From assembly GCA_963709985.1 (NCBI GenBank), contig CAVPYQ010000009.1, positions 857-64,856 on the forward strand: 64,000 nt of DNA, written 5' to 3'. Below, piece after piece: positions 22,648 through 31,023 of this stretch (positions are counted from its first letter, which is position 1; each line of letters starts with the position of its first letter). This stretch comes from an uncultured Actinomycetota bacterium (GTDB taxonomy: Bacteria; Actinomycetota; Actinomycetes; Mycobacteriales; Jatrophihabitantaceae). The position numbers and the translations under genes were made by a program. The notes beneath the pieces are model-generated. The model was not told where the DNA came from, searched no databases, and saw only the letters and a program-made list of their open reading frames with translations.

Positions 22648-23364
22648 ATGTCTGCGTCATTGACCGACCGCACCGTCCTGGTCATCGGCCGAGGCAGCGG
22701 CCTCGCCCGCGCCACCACGCTCGCCATCCGGGACGCAGGCGGCAACGTCGTCGTCGCCGGCCGTAACCAGGACGCGCTCGCATCCGCTTACGACGACCCC
22801 CAGATCACCGCCGAGCACGTCGACCTGACCGACGAGTCCAGCATCAGCGCCCTCGCCGATCGTCTCGGCAGCGTCGACCACGTCGTGACCACCGCCTCGG
22901 CCCGGGCCCGCGGGCCGGTCGGCGATCTCGCACCCGAGACCGTCACCCGGTCGTTCCAGACCAAGGTCATCGGCCCGATCCTGCTGGCCAAGCACTTCGC
23001 GCCCCGCATGCCCGCAAACGGCTCATTCGTGCTGTTCTCCGGCTCGTCGGCCCGCAAACCGAGTGTCGGCATGCTCGCCGTCGGGGCCACCAACGCCGCC
23101 GTCGACGCGGTCATCCGCAGCCTCGCCGTCGAGCTTGCGCCCATCCGCGTCAACGCGGTCTCGCCCGGCACCGTCGACACCGGTGCCTACGACGGCCTGG
23201 GCGAGGAGAAGAAGGCGGCGCTGTTCGCCGCCCGCACGGAGCACAACCCGGCCCGCCGCATCGGCACCGGCGAGGACATCGCCGGCGCGGTCGTGTTCGC
23301 CCTCACCAACACGTTCATGACCGGCGTCTCGCTCGGCATCGACGGCGGCGACCCACTCGTCTGA
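22648..23364 (+). CDS. SDR-family oxidoreductase
   Basis: 238 aa. TVLVIGRGSGLARA nucleotide-binding turn, NAAVDA, VNAVSPGTVDT. Confidence 0.9.
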   Translation: MSASLTDRTVLVIGRGSGLARATTLAIRDAGGNVVVAGRNQDALASAYDDPQITAEHVDLTDESSISALADRLGSVDHVVTTASARARGPVGDLAPETVTRSFQTKVIGPILLAKHFAPRMPANGSFVLFSGSSARKPSVGMLAVGATNAAVDAVIRSLAVELAPIRVNAVSPGTVDTGAYDGLGEEKKAALFAARTEHNPARRIGTGEDIAGAVVFALTNTFMTGVSLGIDGGDPLV

Positions 23365-23647
23365 TCAACATGCCGCCGCCGACAGACGAGGAAGGAACTG
23401 ACATGACCGACATGACCGCAGCGATCGATCAGCCAACACACGGTAACGGGCCGCGCAGCGACGCGGCGGACACTGATCCGGCGGCCGTCGTCGCCGTCAC
23501 GCCGGCCATCGGCCCTGTACCGCCGTTGTTCGTCCGGTCAGACCGCCAACGCCGACGGCACCCCAGAAAGCCGCGGCGGACCAACTAACGTGCGATGAGC
23601 GCACCCGTACCAGCCCCGAGAACCGACGAGCGAAAAGGAGCGCGACG

Positions 23648-25387
23648 ATGCCAAGCCTGCTCTCGGTCAACGTCGGCCTACCCAAGAACGTCGCCTGGCA
23701 GGGGCGCAACGTCTACACCGGTATCTGGAAGAGCCCCGTCGACGGCCCCCGCCTGGTGCGCCGACTCAACATCGACGGTGACGGCCAGGGTGATCTCAAC
23801 GGGCACGGCGGCGAGCAGCGCGCCGTGCTCGCGTACCAGGTCGAGTCCTACCGCCACTGGGAAGAACACTTCGGCCGCGACCTCGAGTACGGCGCGTTCG
23901 GGGAGAACTTCACCGTCGACGGGCTCAGCGACGACGAGGTGTGCATCGGCGATCGTTACCGCATCGGCGAGGCGGAGTTCGAGGTCACGCAGCCGCGCGT
24001 CACGTGCTTCCGGGTTGGCATGCGGCTCGGCGAACCGCAAATGCCCGCGCTGCTCGTCGCCCACCACCGCCCGGGCTTCTACCTGCGGGTCATCACCGAA
24101 GGTCATGTCCAGGCCGGTGACGAGATCGTCCGGACCCGGGTCGGGCGCCATGCCCTGAGCGTCGCCGACATCGACGCCCTGCTCTACCTGCCCGGACGCG
24201 ACATCGAGCAGCTACGCGCCGCCGTCGACATACCCGCGCTCAGCCCGGGCTGGCAGCAATCGTTTCGCGAACTGCTCGACAGCACCGAGAACGGAACCCA
24301 CGCGGCCGCGCCACCGGTCGGGATCGAGCCGGGCTGGGCGGGCTTTCGCCAATTGCGCGTCGCCGACATCGTCGCCGAAACCTCGACGGTGAGCTCGGTT
24401 TACCTGAGCGCCGAGAACGGCGACGCCCTGCCGCAACCCCAAGCCGGCCAGTACCTCACGCTGCGCGCCGCCGGAGCCGGGGAACCGCCGCCCGTGCGCA
24501 GCTATTCGCTGTCCTCGCTCCCCGGCGTCGACGCGTACCGGATCAGCGTCAAATGCGAACCGCACGGCATCGTCAGCACGTACCTGCACGCCCAGCTGCG
24601 GACCGGCTCGATCCTCGACGTGGCCGCCCCACGCGGCGAGTTCGTGCTCACCAGCGACACCAACCCGGTACTGCTCATCTCGGCCGGCATCGGCGTCACG
24701 CCCGTGCTGGCCATGCTTCACCAGCTGGCCGCCGCGAAGAGCACCCGAGATCTGTGGTGGATCCACACCGCCCGCGACGCGAGCGAGCACGCCTTCGCCG
24801 ACGAGGCACACCATCTGCTGCAGTCACTGCCGCGCGCCCACGAACGGATCTTCTACACCTCGGCCAAGGCCGACCCGCCGCACACCACACCGGTCATCAG
24901 GGGACGGCCGACCCTGGCCGCACTCGCGGGCCTCGGCCTGCCCACCGACTCCACCGCGTACATCTGCGGCCCGGAGTCGTTCATGACCGACATGCGCGAA
25001 TCCCTTGTACAGATCGGAATCTCGCCGGATCGACTGCACACCGAGCTGTTCGGCGCGCTGCCCGCGATCAACCCCGGCATCACCGACGTCCGGCGCGTAA
25101 CACCGCATCAGCCGCCCGGCCCGGCCGGAACCGGCCCGCAGATCACGTTCGCGCGCAGCGGCTTGACCGTGAACTGGGCCGACCAGAACCGCTCGCTACT
25201 CGAGCTCGCCGACGCCTGCGACGTCCCCACGCGGTGGTCGTGCCGGACCGGCGTCTGCCACACGTGCGTCACGCCGATCCTGTCCGGGGAGGTCGCCTAC
25301 GCCCCCGACCCTCTCGAGATGCCCGGACGCGACGAGGCGCTCATCTGCTGCTCCCAACCACGCGGCGACGTCGTGCTGGACCTGTGA
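23648..25387 (+). CDS. MOSC domain - ferredoxin-reductase (FAD/NAD) - 2Fe-2S ferredoxin fusion protein
   Basis: N-terminal YiiM-like MOSC domain (GDGQGDLNGHGGEQRAVLAY). RSYSLSS flavin motif. C-terminal CRTGVCHTCVTPILSGEV cluster. Confidence 0.9.
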   Translation: MPSLLSVNVGLPKNVAWQGRNVYTGIWKSPVDGPRLVRRLNIDGDGQGDLNGHGGEQRAVLAYQVESYRHWEEHFGRDLEYGAFGENFTVDGLSDDEVCIGDRYRIGEAEFEVTQPRVTCFRVGMRLGEPQMPALLVAHHRPGFYLRVITEGHVQAGDEIVRTRVGRHALSVADIDALLYLPGRDIEQLRAAVDIPALSPGWQQSFRELLDSTENGTHAAAPPVGIEPGWAGFRQLRVADIVAETSTVSSVYLSAENGDALPQPQAGQYLTLRAAGAGEPPPVRSYSLSSLPGVDAYRISVKCEPHGIVSTYLHAQLRTGSILDVAAPRGEFVLTSDTNPVLLISAGIGVTPVLAMLHQLAAAKSTRDLWWIHTARDASEHAFADEAHHLLQSLPRAHERIFYTSAKADPPHTTPVIRGRPTLAALAGLGLPTDSTAYICGPESFMTDMRESLVQIGISPDRLHTELFGALPAINPGITDVRRVTPHQPPGPAGTGPQITFARSGLTVNWADQNRSLLELADACDVPTRWSCRTGVCHTCVTPILSGEVAYAPDPLEMPGRDEALICCSQPRGDVVLDL

Positions 25388-25445
25388 GCCGCCGTTCCTG
25401 CGACTCCGGCGGTGACAGCTAGTGCCATGGTCGCCGCGCGGATTG

Positions 25446-26510
25446 CTATCTGTGGCGCAGGCGGCGCATCGCCGTCGAGGCGGCGCGGATAGGTCGCGTG
25501 ATGCTCCACGATGTCGAGGCGTGCAGCTCGGCAATCGCCGATTGCTGCGCGCGAATCAACTCGTGCTGGCTGTCGACGGTGGCGCGTAGACGCGCGATGA
25601 CCTCGCTCTGGCTGGCGAGCTCTTGCGTCCCTGAACCCTTGGCTTGGCGGTAAGCGGCCAGTTCGGACTGCACAACGGCGGTGGTCGTTTCGGCGAGTTC
25701 GTACTCGATCTGTAGCAACTCCTCGAGACGGCTCCTTTCCGTGGCAATTGGCGTGCCCTTGCCGAGCGTCACGAAGAACTCGAATCCGTCGGGGCCTTCC
25801 GCGGCAACCGTGCCGAGGCCGTGATATCCCAGCAGTGCGAGGTCACTGATCAGCAGGCGGAAGGACGTCGGAGTGAATTGCCACCTGTGGGTATCCCGGT
25901 AGGACCGCTGTTCGAGTCCGTCGCGGATCGCCTCGGCCACGCCCGAACAGTCGGGGAACTGCAGCTCGAGAGATCGGTCGTCAGTAGCGCTCCAGCCGAG
26001 CGCGCCGTCGCGACCGCACGCATAGAGCTGATGGTCGACCAGAGCGCTCAACGGGTGGTATTCCTTGCCCGCGTGGTGTGCCTCGAGAACCTCACCCACG
26101 GTCGACACCGGCCGGAATCTGTCGAACGTAAAGCGCTTGTCGGGCACTATCAAGGCAATACGCCCAGTATCGGTAAGCAATGCCTCGCAGTCGCTCAGGA
26201 ATTGCACGAGATCGACAGAGTGTTCTATGACGTGCGCAGCGACAATGTAGTCATAACTCGCGCGTGCTTCTATGACGTCGAGCAGCGATCCGCCATTCCA
26301 GATGTAGTCGACCGGTTCGATTCGGGCGGACCGCGCGTCATCGAGTCCCCAATCCCGGTATTTCGTGATTAGTTCGTCGCGCCCGACATGATCGACGGTT
26401 TCGATCCTGGCACCGGAGGACTTTGGAACGAGCGGGTCATAGGAGGGGCCGATCTCCAGGCCGCGACCATCGAGGTCGATCCAGTTCAGGGCGGTCAATG
26501 CGCGATCCAT
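25446..26510 (-). CDS. Class I SAM-dependent methyltransferase with C-terminal coiled-coil tail
   Basis: GLEIGPSYDP..., YDYIVAAHVIEHSVDLVQFL, GRIALIVPDKRF. The C-terminal ~100 aa are heptad-like and end in STSWSITRPIR. The gene is visibly less G+C-rich than its neighbours. Confidence 0.8.
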   Translation of the reverse strand: MDRALTALNWIDLDGRGLEIGPSYDPLVPKSSGARIETVDHVGRDELITKYRDWGLDDARSARIEPVDYIWNGGSLLDVIEARASYDYIVAAHVIEHSVDLVQFLSDCEALLTDTGRIALIVPDKRFTFDRFRPVSTVGEVLEAHHAGKEYHPLSALVDHQLYACGRDGALGWSATDDRSLELQFPDCSGVAEAIRDGLEQRSYRDTHRWQFTPTSFRLLISDLALLGYHGLGTVAAEGPDGFEFFVTLGKGTPIATERSRLEELLQIEYELAETTTAVVQSELAAYRQAKGSGTQELASQSEVIARLRATVDSQHELIRAQQSAIAELHASTSWSITRPIRAASTAMRRLRHR

Positions 26511-26923
26511 CGGCCTCCTCCAGGTCTGGAGCCGATGGCCCCCAAGGCTCTCGATCTCTGCCGAGGTCGATCATGCGCCTGGGCACTGTCCCCTGCATAC
26601 CGACCAAGGACACTCGACACGCGGCGTATTCATCAACTACACCGACGACAGTAGACCGTCGGCCCGATTACCCTTGCCAATCAAGGGTCTTACGTGGTTC
26701 CGGCCCGTGGCGGGATGCCGGCCCCAGTCTTGTTCAATCGCGATACTACTATCATCATTGTAGTAGGTGGGTCGGGCGCCACGCAGCGCCTTCCGGGCCT
26801 GGGTGGGCCAATCCCCAGTCTCGGCCGGGCGGCGTCCACCCACAGTTGGCGCTGCGGGGTCCGCTGCTCGCGCCGCCGTGATGTCGTCCGCCGAGCGACC
26901 CGACACGAAGGCAAGGTCAGACG

Positions 26924-27808
26924 ATGACGACGAGCACGCCGGCCAATGGCGGCCATGCGAACCTCGATGCCGCCGAGGTTATGCGGGGCCTGGCCAGCAA
27001 GGTTCCCGCGATAACCGCATTCTTCTGGATTGCCAAGGCACTCACTACCGCAATGGGGGAATCCGCGTCGGACTACCTCGTTCACCGTATGTCACCCGTT
27101 CCCGCAGTGCTCACCGGCTTTCTCGGATTCTGCATCGCTCTCGCCATTCAGTTCCGGGCTCGCCGCTACATCGCCTGGGCCTATTGGTTTGCCGTCGCAA
27201 TGGTCGGGGTGTTCGGGACAATGGCGGCCGATGTCCTGCACGTCGGTCTCGGTGTTCCCTATGCAATTTCCACAATATTGTTCGTAGTAACGCTGGCAGC
27301 CGTCTTCGTCACGTGGAACGCCGTCGAGAAAACCTTGTCAATCCACAGCATCTATACGCCGCGTCGTGAGCTGTTCTATTGGGCGGCCGTCGTCGCGACA
27401 TTCGCCCTCGGCACGGCCGCCGGCGACACGGCGGCGATCACCCTCAACCTCGGGTACCTCGCGTCCGGACTCGTGTTCGCCGCGCTGATCCTCATACCCG
27501 CTCTGGGCTACTGGCGATTCGGCCTGAACCCAGTCGTCGCGTTCTGGTTCGCGTACGTCCTCACCCGCCCACTCGGTGCGTCATTCGCGGATTGGCTCGG
27601 CAAACCACGCGATGCCGGCGGGCTCGCGCTTGGCGCCGGGCCGGTGAGCCTCGTCCTGACCGGCCTGATCATCTGCGTCGTCGCCTACCTCGCCCTCACC
27701 AAGATCGACCGACCCGCAGCCCGCACAGTCGCAAATCACGAGGGAGAGTGGGCGATCGCCTCGATGACGCCGCGCCGGCAACCGTGGTGGTTCAGGCGCG
27801 CAACCTGA
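26924..27808 (+). CDS. COG4705-type membrane-anchored protein
   Basis: KVPAITAFFWIAKALTTAMGESASDYL plus a second similar half (FYWAAVVATFALGTAAGD). About 8 TM helices. Confidence 0.75.
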   Translation: MTTSTPANGGHANLDAAEVMRGLASKVPAITAFFWIAKALTTAMGESASDYLVHRMSPVPAVLTGFLGFCIALAIQFRARRYIAWAYWFAVAMVGVFGTMAADVLHVGLGVPYAISTILFVVTLAAVFVTWNAVEKTLSIHSIYTPRRELFYWAAVVATFALGTAAGDTAAITLNLGYLASGLVFAALILIPALGYWRFGLNPVVAFWFAYVLTRPLGASFADWLGKPRDAGGLALGAGPVSLVLTGLIICVVAYLALTKIDRPAARTVANHEGEWAIASMTPRRQPWWFRRAT

Positions 27809-27921
27809 GACTGGGCGATCCTGTGCTGCGGCGCATCGCCGGCAAACGTCGCTGCCTTTCGCAATACCCGACAATTCACCGCCTCAGGAAATAGGCGGGC
27901 CCGTCCGACGCCACACATCGC

Positions 27922-28539
27922 CTAGCCGGCCGGGACGGCCTGGCCGGGCGGAGTGAACGCCGCCAGCAGGGTCGAGCTGACGAACCGGCCGGCGTCGTCG
28001 GGATCGAGCCGCTCCGCAGTGCACTCCTCGGCGGCGCAATGCATCAGGCTGAACGCGGTGGTGACGAGCCACGCCTTGGGTAGATCGGTGCGGAAGGCAC
28101 CCGATCGCCGTCCTCGCTCGATCAGGGTCTGCACGCGACGCAGGATCCGGTCCTGGACGCCGCGAATGCGCTCGGCGGGCAACTCGCGCTGAGCGGCGCG
28201 CAGGACAGATCGCGACTGATTGACGATCTGCCACGACGCGTCAACCAGCCGGACCAGCGCGGCGCTCGGGTCGCCAGTGGTGTCGGTGGCGTCGAGGACC
28301 GCGTCGGCTTCGGCAACGGTGCGAACCAGGACCGCCTCGGCGAGGTCGGGGCGTGTCTTGAAGTGTCCGTACACGGTCACGCGGCCGACGCCGGCGGCCT
28401 CAGCGATGTCGGCGATGCTCGCATCAGGATTGCGAGTCAGACACAGCACTGCCGCGTCGAGGATCGCGGTGACATTGCGCCGGGCATCCGCCCGTTGCGG
28501 CCGGGCCGGACGGGTGGAGCGCGAGCGCGTCGCGGGCAT
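27922..28539 (-). CDS. TetR-family transcriptional regulator
   Basis: N-terminal HTH ILDAAVLCLTRNPDASIADIAEAAGVGRVTVYGHF. Divergent from the SMR gene. Confidence 0.9.
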   Translation of the reverse strand: MPATRSRSTRPARPQRADARRNVTAILDAAVLCLTRNPDASIADIAEAAGVGRVTVYGHFKTRPDLAEAVLVRTVAEADAVLDATDTTGDPSAALVRLVDASWQIVNQSRSVLRAAQRELPAERIRGVQDRILRRVQTLIERGRRSGAFRTDLPKAWLVTTAFSLMHCAAEECTAERLDPDDAGRFVSSTLLAAFTPPGQAVPAG

Positions 28540-28768
28540 CGCAGCCGGTCCTTTCTCGAACAGCCACGTACGAGCTAGTCGGCCCGGCGGAAGTCAAACA
28601 CGTCAGTTCAGGATAACTGGCACGTCGAACCAGTCCACAGGAAGCTCTGTCATCCTGGGTCACTTCAGGTTGACATCGCCACCGCGGTGCGCGTCGCCGC
28701 CCGATGTTGGACGTCGCGGTCAGGTGCAGCCAGGTTGTCGCTGGCTCGACGTCGGACAGGAGTGCCTG

Positions 28769-29095
28769 ATGGCTTGGTTCCTTCTCGTCGTAGCCGGCCT
28801 GTTCGAGACCGGCTTCGCCGTGCTACTCAAGCAGAGCCACGGAGTCAGCCGTTTGTGGCCCACCGTCGGCTTTGCCGTGTGCGCCCTGATCAGCTTCACG
28901 CTGCTCACGGTGGCGCTGAAATCGCTGGAGGTCGGTCCGGCCTATGCGGCGTGGACGGGTATCGGTGCCGCTGGCACGGCCGCCATCGGAATGTTTGTCC
29001 TCGGGGACAAGGTGACCGCCGTCAAGCTGGGATCAATTGCGCTCATCCTCGCCGGCGTCGTCGGCTTGAACCTCTCCGGCGTGACACCGCCCTAG
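28769..29095 (+). CDS. sugE: SMR-family exporter (SugE/Gdx-like)
   Basis: 108 aa. MAWFLLVVAGLFETGFAVLLK (conserved membrane Glu), GPAYAAWTGIGAAGTA. The real start lies inside the longer track ORF that begins at 28220. Confidence 0.9.
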   Translation: MAWFLLVVAGLFETGFAVLLKQSHGVSRLWPTVGFAVCALISFTLLTVALKSLEVGPAYAAWTGIGAAGTAAIGMFVLGDKVTAVKLGSIALILAGVVGLNLSGVTPP

Positions 29096-29745
29096 GTGGG
29101 CTGTCCCGCGCTGTCGGCCCGGGAGCGACTCGCGCCTACGGTCGCGGACCCCTGCAGCATCGTCCGAGTGAGCACCGAGCGCGGCAGTTCCGCGAACTCC
29201 TCGATCTCGTCAAAGGTGAACCCGGCTTGGGTGATGGCGGCACGAGTGTCACGGTTGGGCCGGCAACCGCCGCCGAGACGCGACCACACGGGCGCGAGGC
29301 GGTCCTGCCAGCGAGCCAGTCGGCCCTCGCCGCGCACATGTTCCAGCACCACAAGCGTCCCGCCCGGCCGCAGAACGCGCCTCGCCTCGATCAGCGCCTG
29401 ATTTGGGTCGGCGACGGTGCACAGGGCGAACGTGAACACGACATGGTCGAACGCCCCGTCGGGGAACGGCAGCGCCTCCGCCCTGGCGGCGCACACCTCG
29501 ACGGGCACCGTCGCCTGCGCGAGCTTGGGCTGCAACTTCGCCCGCATCGCCGGGTTGGGCTCGGCCGCGACCACGCGTGCCGCCTGCTTGAAATAGGCCA
29601 CGTTCACCCCGGTTCCGGCGCCGACGTCGAGAACCTGCCCGGTCAGGGCGCCCAGCAACCGCTCGCGGCGCCGGCCGACGAAGCGGCGCTCGACCGACGC
29701 GTTCATCCGGTCGTACACCGCGACAAAGATCGGATGCGTTCTCAT
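29092..29745 (-). CDS. Class I SAM-dependent methyltransferase
   Basis: VLDVGAGTGVN motif I, FDHVVFTFALCTV, LRPGGTLVVLEH. ATG 29745 has an AGGAG RBS. Confidence 0.85.
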   Translation of the reverse strand: MRTHPIFVAVYDRMNASVERRFVGRRRERLLGALTGQVLDVGAGTGVNVAYFKQAARVVAAEPNPAMRAKLQPKLAQATVPVEVCAARAEALPFPDGAFDHVVFTFALCTVADPNQALIEARRVLRPGGTLVVLEHVRGEGRLARWQDRLAPVWSRLGGGCRPNRDTRAAITQAGFTFDEIEEFAELPRSVLTRTMLQGSATVGASRSRADSAGQPT

Positions 29746-29880
29746 CTGCGGCTCCTGAACGGTGTTCTGCCCCAAGCATCCTCGCGTGCTCCGGCACCGG
29801 CGTCCCGGCCGTCACGCCCGATGCGGCACGCAGACGAAAGTGAGCGCGGCGACCCGGCGCCGCGCTCGCTCACCCTCCGA

Positions 29881-30882
29881 TCATTGGCTCCAGACGTGGA
29901 TGTACCCGACGAAGTCGCTGTGGCTCGACAGCTTGCTTATCCGGATGTGCTGATTGGAGTTCGGCGCCTCGACGATGTCTCCACCGCCGATGTAGATCGC
30001 CATGTGGTGCCACGGGTTCGACGCGGTGCTGAAGAACACGAAGTCGCCGGTCTTCAGTCCCGCCTTGCTCTTGGTCGCGTGCCGGGTGCCGTTCATGCCG
30101 CCGTGCCACTGTCCCCAGACCGTCGTCGAACTGGCGTGCAGCGGAGTGTCGTGCCCACTGGCCAGGTAGAACGCCCACCGCGTCAGCCCGGAGCAGTCGA
30201 AGCCCAGCCGGGACGGGTCGTGGATCGTCTCCGGGGTTCCGTCGGAGACGCCGTACGTGCGTCCGGGCTTCGAACCGTGACCGCCGCCCCACGTGTACCA
30301 GGTGTTGTCAGCGACCTCGCGGCACGCAGCCGAGATCTCGGTCGACAGCCGACCCCTCGTCAGCGCAACCTTCGCGCACAGGCCGTTGCGGCTGGCCCAA
30401 CGGCCGCGGCCGGACTTCGTCTGCAGCACCATGTTGCCGGTCGTGCTCATGACGAGCCGCGTCACTCCGGTGTGGGCGGTGCCGGACGTCCAAGTGCCGT
30501 GCGCGTCTTGCAGCACAAGGTTTCCCGTGGATGTGATTGTCAGATACCGCGCCGATCCCAGGTTCGTGGTGGCCGTCTGCCAGAACACGCCTTTGCTGCT
30601 CTGGTTCGGATACACCTTGTACTCAACGAGGTTGCCGTCCCGGTTGAGCGTGAGTTGGTAGTAGTAGCTGAGCGCCCCGTTCGGACCGCCGGCCACCATG
30701 CCGGACCGCAACGAGTGTCCCGGCAGCAGCTTGTGCCCGATCGTGAGCACGGTGTTCGTGGACGCTCCCACCGGAGCGCCTCCGACGACCAAGGCGGCCG
30801 CGCCCGCTGCTACGGCGGCCACCAAGGTACCGACCGCGTACCGCACGCGCCGTCGCGCCCGACCTTTGACATCAGTAGACAA
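29881..30882 (-). CDS. Secreted bulb-type (beta-prism II) lectin fused to NlpC/P60 cysteine peptidase
   Basis: TTG start after GGGGAGAGGGGA. Arg-rich signal peptide. Three lectin subdomain motifs (RDGNLVEY, STGNLVLQD, TTGNMVLQT). C-terminal FDCSGLTRWAFY ... HHMAIYIGGGDIVEAP. Confidence 0.85.
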   Translation of the reverse strand: MSTDVKGRARRRVRYAVGTLVAAVAAGAAALVVGGAPVGASTNTVLTIGHKLLPGHSLRSGMVAGGPNGALSYYYQLTLNRDGNLVEYKVYPNQSSKGVFWQTATTNLGSARYLTITSTGNLVLQDAHGTWTSGTAHTGVTRLVMSTTGNMVLQTKSGRGRWASRNGLCAKVALTRGRLSTEISAACREVADNTWYTWGGGHGSKPGRTYGVSDGTPETIHDPSRLGFDCSGLTRWAFYLASGHDTPLHASSTTVWGQWHGGMNGTRHATKSKAGLKTGDFVFFSTASNPWHHMAIYIGGGDIVEAPNSNQHIRISKLSSHSDFVGYIHVWSQ

Positions 30883-31023
30883 GTTGTCCCCTCTCCCCTT
30901 CGCCCGGACGATCTGTCCGCGGCCGGCCCGATCCCGTCGAAAGAGCCCGCGGTGAGAGCCAAGCCCCGCCGCCTTGCCGACAACTTGCGCATTTCTTGCG
31001 TGCGCCGCTACCGTCCCGCTGCG

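Noticed and set aside
23370-23588. Small ORF between the SDR and MOSC genes (61-72 aa, acidic N-terminus, RQRRRHPRKPRR tail)
   Set aside because: There is a decent RBS before ATG 23403 and G/C-rich third positions. However, it has no recognisable family and is low-complexity. The evidence is insufficient to call it a gene.
28540-28768. Guanidine riboswitch upstream of sugE
   Set aside because: One is expected for this gene class. By eye, however, there are no ACGR-loop hairpin pair (guanidine-II), no guanidine-III pseudoknot spacing, and no ykkC-like architecture. Only loosely similar words (GGACG, GGTCAGG) occur. A covariance-model scan is needed for certainty.
30883-31023. ydaO-type c-di-AMP riboswitch in the leader of the NlpC/P60 gene
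   Set aside because: This riboswitch often precedes actinobacterial cell-wall hydrolases. Here the 141-nt leader shows only weak fragments (ACGGGA, CGAAGGGGAG) and lacks the conserved ACGGGGA / GGGGUGAA cores.
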